Part shown: positions 44,760-50,757 of the stretch, piece after piece
Layout: every line of letters begins with the position of its first letter
Position numbering within the stretch: the stretch's first letter is position 1
Assembly (NCBI GenBank): GCA_017513085.1
Contig: JAFWDK010000036.1
Span: 1-50,757 of the forward strand
Reading direction: 5' to 3'
DNA length: 50,757 nt
Source of the DNA: Clostridiales bacterium
GTDB taxonomy: Bacteria > Bacillota > Clostridia > Saccharofermentanales > Saccharofermentanaceae
Made by a program: the position numbers and the translations under genes
The notes under the pieces: model-generated
What the model was told of the DNA's origin: nothing
What the model saw: only the letters and a program-made list of their open reading frames with translations
The model's database searches: none

Positions 44760-47270
44760 ATGCTAGGACGACAGATGAACAAAAGTAGGACGATCAGAAC
44801 GATATTGTGTTTTATCATGACAGCAGCAGTTTCGCTGCCGTCTTTTGGTTGTGCCTATGAACGGAACAAGCATTCATCAGAACCTACTTATCTTCCGACA
44901 GTTGCACCTATTTCAGAGATCAACGTAGATCCTAAAGATGTGAGTCTGCAAAAGAGCAGCAAGGATCAATTCTATGGCCATGAGGCAATATATCTGGATT
45001 CTCCGAACCTGAGTCTGGATCCCAACGACAAAAAGACTGTGCATTATATTGATAACGTAACGTTTTTGGATGATGTGTTGCTGGTTCGTGAGCGCACTAT
45101 ATTTCAATCTGCGGAACCCAAGAACGAACCGGCACCGGTAGCAGCACAAGATGCCGGTTCGAATGTGAGTTTTATGAACGAGGACGGTACTTCTTACATC
45201 GCGAATGTGTTTGTGACCTACAATTTTGAGGGAAATATTCTTGGCACGATAAACCTTGGATCACCGGGACAAGGTTCGGATCAGGTCATTATCCGAGATG
45301 ATCCGAATGGGAACATTGTGTTTTTTTACGATGGATATGATCCCGAAACGGAAGGTTGCTACATCTGGGTTGCTAAATATTCCAGAACCGGTGAGTTGTT
45401 GAAAAAACCATCACCAATCGTTTTGATCGGAGATATGAATCAGCTGACGGGCGCTCTTTGTACGTCGGAGGGGCATTATATCCTGACTACTACCGATCAG
45501 GTTTATAAAATTAATTCGGATTACGAAATCGAGATAGAGATATCTTTGAATTTACAGGAAGAATGTTATTGCACGGGTGTCTACAGAGAAGACGATAACT
45601 ATTATATCGAACTCCTGGATCAGCAAGATTCCGAAGGAAGAAAAATGATGGTCGGTTTCAGCGATCTGGTTACAAACGGATGGGATATGAAGTCGAGCAA
45701 AGATAGTTTGAGCAGTATGAAGATCATCCAATCCGGTGAGAGTCTTTACGCTATGACCAAGAATGCTCTGGGAAAACTGAATATGAGCACAGGCGAGTTC
45801 AGACAGGTGATCGATTGGAATCAGACAGATATACCAAGATATACTTTGAATCAAGGTGAAATAAAAGTGATCCATGATGGAGAGATGACCTCGCCGATCC
45901 AGGTCCTGAATAAGGAGATAACAGATAGGAATGACTCCAAAGACAGGTCTAAAAGCGATGATTCGTCTGCTGAACTGCTGGTTTGCCATACAGAAGATAC
46001 AGACATAGGTAATACTGCTGTTTTGTATCATATCAGTAAATCCGTGACTAACCCGCACGATGGGCAGACCGTGATCTGGCTTGGCGGAATCAATTTCGAT
46101 AATCAGGCCCTTTGCCGCGCTGTGGCAGAATATAACAAGAACAATACGAATAATGTCTGGATCAAGATCACTGACTATTCGGATTATAGTTCCAATGGAA
46201 AAGCAAAAGCTGTAGAGTCCATTTATTCCCAACTGGTTTCGGGTTCCGGACCGGACATTATTTGTGGGCTTGCTGACTATGCCAAGTTTGACAAGAATCG
46301 TTTCCTTACGGATTTGAATCCATATATTGACAGTATTAACGGAGTAGACCGGAAAGATTATTTTACCAATATCCTTTCAGTTTATGAAACTCAGGGGAAA
46401 CTCTATCAGATCCCGGTTTCGTTTGCCGTGAACGGTTTGATGTGGGATGTGGATGATTTCTACGATTCGACATATACGCTTGACACGATGGCGCAGGTGG
46501 TCTGTAACCGCGAAGACGATGTGGATATGATACATGGCATATACGGCGAGGATACATTCAAGACCGTCATGAGAAGTATGCTGATCAATCATGTTGATTA
46601 TGCGACAGGGGAAATCGCGTATTCTGAAGAGGAACTTTCTTTGATCCTTTCTATATTAGCTTCTTCTTTGCAGAAGGATTATATCTCCTATACGTATTCT
46701 GAGAATGAAAATACATTTATCAGTTGGAGTAACTCCCAGGCGCTTTCTTACGCAATGACATTAGGCATCCAGACAGGATGGACATTTGGTTCTCCTAAGG
46801 ATGTCAATATTCTAGGGTATCCCAACTCTGACGGAGCCGGTTACGTGGCGAAGACTAATATTTCGCTTGGAATTGCTTCGTCTTCCAATAATACGGAGAG
46901 AGCATGGGATTTTATCCGGTATATGCTCTCACAGGAGGTGCAACAGAAGATCACTTCGGGGCTGGAGGGATCCGCCCCTTCGTACGAAGAGACTCTTCCG
47001 GTAAATTCTCTGGCACTGGAAGCGATTGTTTCGACCCCGCATGTCTTATCAGAGGGAGATTTTGCATTTATCGAACCGGAATCGAAAGAATGGACCCGGG
47101 AAGATGTTGAATACATTAAGGAGATAATAGCAGACACTGATAAACGCTTGACCATAGATACGATGCTGGAGAAGATCGTCTATGATGAGGTCTGTCAAAT
47201 GGTTGCGGATGGCAAATCCGTAATGGAGGCGACCAGAGATCTGCAATCACGGATTAAAGACATAGTCTGA
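44760..47270 (+). CDS. Large extracellular solute-binding lipoprotein-like protein (family-1 SBP-like C-terminal half)
   Basis: Signal peptide ending SFGC; GSGPDII, LTDLNPYI, GKLYQIPVSF and AWDFIRYMLS motifs; start may be 44775. Confidence 0.75.
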   Translation: MLGRQMNKSRTIRTILCFIMTAAVSLPSFGCAYERNKHSSEPTYLPTVAPISEINVDPKDVSLQKSSKDQFYGHEAIYLDSPNLSLDPNDKKTVHYIDNVTFLDDVLLVRERTIFQSAEPKNEPAPVAAQDAGSNVSFMNEDGTSYIANVFVTYNFEGNILGTINLGSPGQGSDQVIIRDDPNGNIVFFYDGYDPETEGCYIWVAKYSRTGELLKKPSPIVLIGDMNQLTGALCTSEGHYILTTTDQVYKINSDYEIEIEISLNLQEECYCTGVYREDDNYYIELLDQQDSEGRKMMVGFSDLVTNGWDMKSSKDSLSSMKIIQSGESLYAMTKNALGKLNMSTGEFRQVIDWNQTDIPRYTLNQGEIKVIHDGEMTSPIQVLNKEITDRNDSKDRSKSDDSSAELLVCHTEDTDIGNTAVLYHISKSVTNPHDGQTVIWLGGINFDNQALCRAVAEYNKNNTNNVWIKITDYSDYSSNGKAKAVESIYSQLVSGSGPDIICGLADYAKFDKNRFLTDLNPYIDSINGVDRKDYFTNILSVYETQGKLYQIPVSFAVNGLMWDVDDFYDSTYTLDTMAQVVCNREDDVDMIHGIYGEDTFKTVMRSMLINHVDYATGEIAYSEEELSLILSILASSLQKDYISYTYSENENTFISWSNSQALSYAMTLGIQTGWTFGSPKDVNILGYPNSDGAGYVAKTNISLGIASSSNNTERAWDFIRYMLSQEVQQKITSGLEGSAPSYEETLPVNSLALEAIVSTPHVLSEGDFAFIEPESKEWTREDVEYIKEIIADTDKRLTIDTMLEKIVYDEVCQMVADGKSVMEATRDLQSRIKDIV

Positions 47271-47288
47271 CTTAAACTAAAGAAAAAT

Positions 47289-47319
47289 AAAAAGGAGATC
47301 CGGATCGGATCTCCTTTTT
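47289..47319. terminator. Bidirectional intrinsic terminator
   Basis: AAAAAGGAGATCCG-GAT-CGGATCTCCTTTTT perfect hairpin between convergent genes. Confidence 0.85.
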
Positions 47320-47336
47320 CGTGTGAATGAAACGTG

Positions 47337-47537
47337 TCAGATGTTTGCGGAGATGTCGCCCGTAGCATGGGCGATTTCTTCGTTGTGTTCAGACATCTTG
47401 AGTGTGGCACCCTTCGCTGCAGTCAGATAATTCACTACTTCAAAAAGAATAACGAGTGAAAGAATGATTACCAGCGCGATTACGATGACCATTTCTACCA
47501 GTGTAAAACCCCGTTTGTATTTCTTTATCCTTTTCAT
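47337..47537 (-). CDS. Very short type IV prepilin-like protein (66 aa)
   Basis: Basic leader MKRIKKYKRG, then the G|FTLVE cleavage/methylation motif and a hydrophobic helix; GGAGG RBS. Confidence 0.85.
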   Translation of the reverse strand: MKRIKKYKRGFTLVEMVIVIALVIILSLVILFEVVNYLTAAKGATLKMSEHNEEIAHATGDISANI

Positions 47538-47642
47538 ATTGTATCCTCCCCAATGACACACAAAACATCCTCATTTCCAATAATACGGCATAAGTGTTAT
47601 TAAACTATTCATTGTTGATGAACAAAATGTAAAGGCGATGCG

Positions 47643-48191
47643 TCAGCAAGATAATTCACGGTAGCGTGCCCGAAACTTTGACTCGGCAAGACAGGTAAGA
47701 AGTCCTAGGATCGTGCCGGTAACAAGAGAAAAAAGAACATCACTAGGGAAGTGCACATATAGATACATCCGTGAGAAAACCATGAGAAGGTTGGCAGGGA
47801 TAAGTATAAAAGCTAACTTGGGGTGTTTACGGATCATAATGACCGCAAAGATCGTAGACGCCATGACGTGTCCCGAAGGAAAAGAATAGTCGGAAGGAGA
47901 TGGGACCAGAAGCGGGATATCCGGCCGGAGCCAGCAAGGACGGGGACGGCGGATCAGATTTTTCAAGATGACATTGGCCAGCAAAACTCCGCTGAGAAGA
48001 CCGCATGTGGCCACCAGTCCGTCTTTTCTGGTTTTAGGTATCAAAAGAAGAAGAATGCAAAAGATGATCCATGTCACGGCGCTCCCCAGATAATTGAAAA
48101 AGACCATGAGCGGGTCGAGGATCCCGTTTTGAAGATGGATACGGATCCATTCCAGTATCTGAAGATCGAATTGCTGAATCGCATCTGGCAT
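47643..48191 (-). CDS. PAP2-family phosphatase
   Basis: KNLIRRPRP, SFPSGH and SRMYLYVHFPSDV motifs. Confidence 0.92.
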   Translation of the reverse strand: MPDAIQQFDLQILEWIRIHLQNGILDPLMVFFNYLGSAVTWIIFCILLLLIPKTRKDGLVATCGLLSGVLLANVILKNLIRRPRPCWLRPDIPLLVPSPSDYSFPSGHVMASTIFAVIMIRKHPKLAFILIPANLLMVFSRMYLYVHFPSDVLFSLVTGTILGLLTCLAESKFRARYRELSC

Positions 48192-48313
48192 GAGGAAAAA
48201 GAAACATCCTTTCTTAGTGCTTTTCATTTTGTACAAGTGTAGCATATCTTTCAAATATCGCAACAAAGGAAAAAATGTTACAATGACAATAGAATGCAAC
48301 GTAGGAGTGAAAT

Positions 48314-49411
48314 ATGGCAGACTCTATTAAATGCCCGAATTGCTCGGGAAACCTGGTTTTTGATGCAGACAGACAGGTGATGTACTGTGACTACTGCATG
48401 AGTTCTTTTGATCCAAGCGAACTGAAGAATACGATCCTTCCTGAAACAGATGATCAAAGTAATGCCGGAGAGCGTATCCATAAAGATGAAACCTCGAAGC
48501 CGGATAAAAAAGCACTCGGAGACGATGGTCAGGTTTTTATCTGTAATGCTTGCGGTGCCAGCGTTATAGCGGATAAAAACACCAGTGCCACATTCTGCGC
48601 ATTTTGCGGATCGCCGGCCTTGTTGCAGCAACGTCTTACAGAAGAGTTTTCACCGGATTACATTATTCCGTTTAAGTATGGAAAAGATGCTGCCGTGGAA
48701 CAATTTTTCTCTTGGTGCAAGGGTGGACGTTGGACACCGATCGATTTTGTCAGCAAGAAAAATATCGAGAAACTGACAGGCCTCTATGTTCCTTTTTGGC
48801 TTTACAATGTAGGCGGTCTGGTTGATATCCGTGGCGAAGGAGTGATAACAACTTCTTCCACACACGGAAATACCACAACAGTCACCACATCCTATTACGA
48901 TGTGGTTCGAAAAAAAGCTTTAGCATGGAAAAGGATCCCGCTGGATGGCGCAACTCGTATCGACGATGATCTCATGGAGGCGATTGAGCCTTTTAAGTAC
49001 AAGGAGATGAAAAAGTTTGACCCGGCATATATGCAGGGATTTTTCGCAGAGCGCTACGATCTTAACGGAGACGACTTGAAGCCGCGCCTGATCGATAGAG
49101 TAAAGAAGTATATCACTCAGGAAATCGAGCCGACGGTTAAGAAATACAATAGGTCATTTAAAGTAATAGAAGATAATACAGAGATCTATGAACCGGCGAT
49201 GATGTATGCCATGATGCCGGTATGGTTTTTGCATTACAAATACAGCGGTAAAGATTACTATTTCTGCATGAACGGGCAGACGGGAGAGGTTGCCGGTGTG
49301 GCGCCGGTCAGCTGGTTCAAACGCCTTGTGCTGTTCTTCGCTGTGCTTGCAGTTCTGGCTGTAATCGGAAGACTGATAATCGGAATGATCCTGGGAGGTT
49401 TTGTCGGATGA
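48314..49411 (+). CDS. Double Zn-ribbon membrane-anchored protein
   Basis: CPNC...CDYC and CNAC...CAFC ribbons; GLYVPFW and MNGQTGEV motifs; C-terminal TM. Confidence 0.85.
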   Translation: MADSIKCPNCSGNLVFDADRQVMYCDYCMSSFDPSELKNTILPETDDQSNAGERIHKDETSKPDKKALGDDGQVFICNACGASVIADKNTSATFCAFCGSPALLQQRLTEEFSPDYIIPFKYGKDAAVEQFFSWCKGGRWTPIDFVSKKNIEKLTGLYVPFWLYNVGGLVDIRGEGVITTSSTHGNTTTVTTSYYDVVRKKALAWKRIPLDGATRIDDDLMEAIEPFKYKEMKKFDPAYMQGFFAERYDLNGDDLKPRLIDRVKKYITQEIEPTVKKYNRSFKVIEDNTEIYEPAMMYAMMPVWFLHYKYSGKDYYFCMNGQTGEVAGVAPVSWFKRLVLFFAVLAVLAVIGRLIIGMILGGFVG

Positions 49412-50298
49412 GCATGAATGAACAAAACAACCCGGAAACAGGGAAGAACGTCAGTGCTTGGGCGACAGTAAAGAAGAGCCTATGGGGCGAGATGAATGCT
49501 GTTTCCGGAATTGCACTCGCAGGTCTGATTGCGCTGATCATCGGATCGATTGCACTATATATATTTATGAACCGGATCCCTGATAAGAAAACTGTGCTTA
49601 TAGATGATGCGCAGATCTTTTCTGATGAGGATCTGTCTGAAATGGAGAGCATGGCGGAGAAACTCCAGAAGGAAAACGACATTAATGTAGTTATAGCGAC
49701 TACAAGAAACAATCCTTATGGCACCTCGGACTCGGATTGCCGGGCGAATGCGGCGAAGATATACAAGGACAATTGTATTAAGACAAGCATGCAGGATAAT
49801 TCGGGAATCTGCATCTATATCGATTTGACGATCGATAAAGACGGGATGCGTTTCTTCTGGCTTTACACGTATGGAAGCGCATACTACAGTGTTTCGAATG
49901 ATGAGTGTACATATCTTTTCCAGGGGCAGAAGCAGACTTTGAAAGAGCAACGGTATGCTGACGCAATCAAGGGCATTATGCGGAAATTGGATTCCTATGA
50001 TTATCATTCCACCGGTCTTGTCATGATTTATGCCACAAGCATCGGACTTCCGTTATTACTTGCCTTTATCGTAACGGCTGTGATCACGTTAAAGGGTCAT
50101 CTGGATTCTGTGCCGGGTACCCAGGAATATAAAGAAGCCGCGAAATGCGCGATCATTGAAAACAGTGATAAGTTTATCCGTAAGACTACGCATACATACA
50201 CTTCGAGCAGTGGCGGCGGCGGTGGCCATAGTGGCGGCGGCGGTGGCCATAGCGGAGGCGGTGGCGGCCATAGTGGCGGCGGTGGCGGTCGTTTCTGA
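49408..50298 (+). CDS. TPM-domain membrane protein with Gly-rich tail
   Basis: IDDAQIFSDED and INVVIAT TPM-like motifs; two TMs; SSGGGGGHSGGGGGRF terminus. Confidence 0.85.
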   Translation: MSMNEQNNPETGKNVSAWATVKKSLWGEMNAVSGIALAGLIALIIGSIALYIFMNRIPDKKTVLIDDAQIFSDEDLSEMESMAEKLQKENDINVVIATTRNNPYGTSDSDCRANAAKIYKDNCIKTSMQDNSGICIYIDLTIDKDGMRFFWLYTYGSAYYSVSNDECTYLFQGQKQTLKEQRYADAIKGIMRKLDSYDYHSTGLVMIYATSIGLPLLLAFIVTAVITLKGHLDSVPGTQEYKEAAKCAIIENSDKFIRKTTHTYTSSSGGGGGHSGGGGGHSGGGGGHSGGGGGRF

Positions 50299-50549
50299 TC
50301 GTAACTCTGGTCAATATGGACTCGGCCGGATATCGGAAAAAGAATCGTACCGGCTAATACTTCTATAAGTATTATATAAGAGAAAGCGACGGAAGTTCCT
50401 TTTCATGAATCGAGAAAACTCCTTTAAACAGGCGTTTGCAGGATTCAAGGGAAGGAACTTTTTGCAGCGTGAAAATATGACGGAAACGTTGCGAAAAGCT
50501 TACCTGAAAAAAACATTGCAAAAAACATGAGAAAAAGTAAAAAATGTGC

Positions 50550-50628
50550 TTGACACACTTCGGGGGAGGTGATAATATAATCAAGCGCTTCGCGAGAGCG
50601 ACACGCGAACGGACCTTGAAAATTGAAT
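50550..50628 (+). promoter_or_regulatory. rRNA operon promoter and boxA-like leader
   Basis: A-rich UP-like region; TTGACA (50550-50555), 17 bp, TAATAT (50573-50578) with TGn; GACCTTGAAAATTGAAT at ~50612-50628. Confidence 0.75.
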
Positions 50629-50725
50629 AGAAGAGCAGAAAGTAATTACTACTTTTATACGAGCCAATAGTTCAATTCATAGAGTTGAAAAACAAGTAAA
50701 CAAAGAGCCAAAAGGCTCTCAAGAT

Positions 50726-50757
50726 TTTATTGAGAGTTTGATCCTGGCTCAGGATGA
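50726..50757 (+). rRNA. rrs: 16S rRNA, 5' end (partial)
   Basis: Universal 27F site AGAGTTTGATCCTGGCTCAG at 50733-50752 followed by GATGA; exact mature 5' end approximate. Confidence 0.95.

Noticed and set aside
50210-50292. GGCGGCGGT/CATAG repeats
   Set aside because: Gly/Ser/His tail typical of TPM-domain proteins.

Overview
This is a chromosomal window from a Clostridia-type Firmicute; the DUF4214-like anchors, long solute-binding lipoprotein and gene content suggest a rumen Saccharofermentans-like lineage (inference). Positions 1-~4400 are the AT-richer right part of an integrative mobilizable element. It carries a MOB-P-type relaxase (frameshifted near its N-terminus, with a MobB-like gene overprinted in another frame), a large serine recombinase, and an AbiEi antitoxin followed by a truncated AbiEii toxin. 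Positions ~4400-8150 are a decayed accessory patch: a Zn-ribbon/TPR-like gene pair, an inverted and internally deleted copy of that pair, and a truncated tocopherol-cyclase-like gene. The rest holds a GGDEF/EAL pair, an NSS transporter, an OmpR two-component system with an ABC exporter, acetyltransferases, a HEAT lipoprotein, a split kinase pair with a NarL regulator and two giant LRR surface proteins. Further on are LysR, purA, glmS, a CofE-like ligase, a GT-C glycosyltransferase, an acyl-CoA synthetase, panT-coaX, a mini-pilin, a Zn-ribbon/TPM pair and the start of an rRNA operon. Four signals are least explained by the gene calls. (1) A ~250-bp non-coding element occurs twice, 25 kb apart and inverted, with exactly conserved spacing, a 17-bp palindrome and two 34-bp CATAC-N24-G(T/G)ATG units; each copy sits inside a different inverted repeat. 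(2) The same operator/-10 architecture lies upstream of both the HEAT lipoprotein and the LRR operon, suggesting a regulon of the split-kinase/NarL system. (3) A structured leader precedes panT-coaX. (4) An 11-bp repeat brackets both LRR genes. All alignments and counts were done by eye; no database searches were run.
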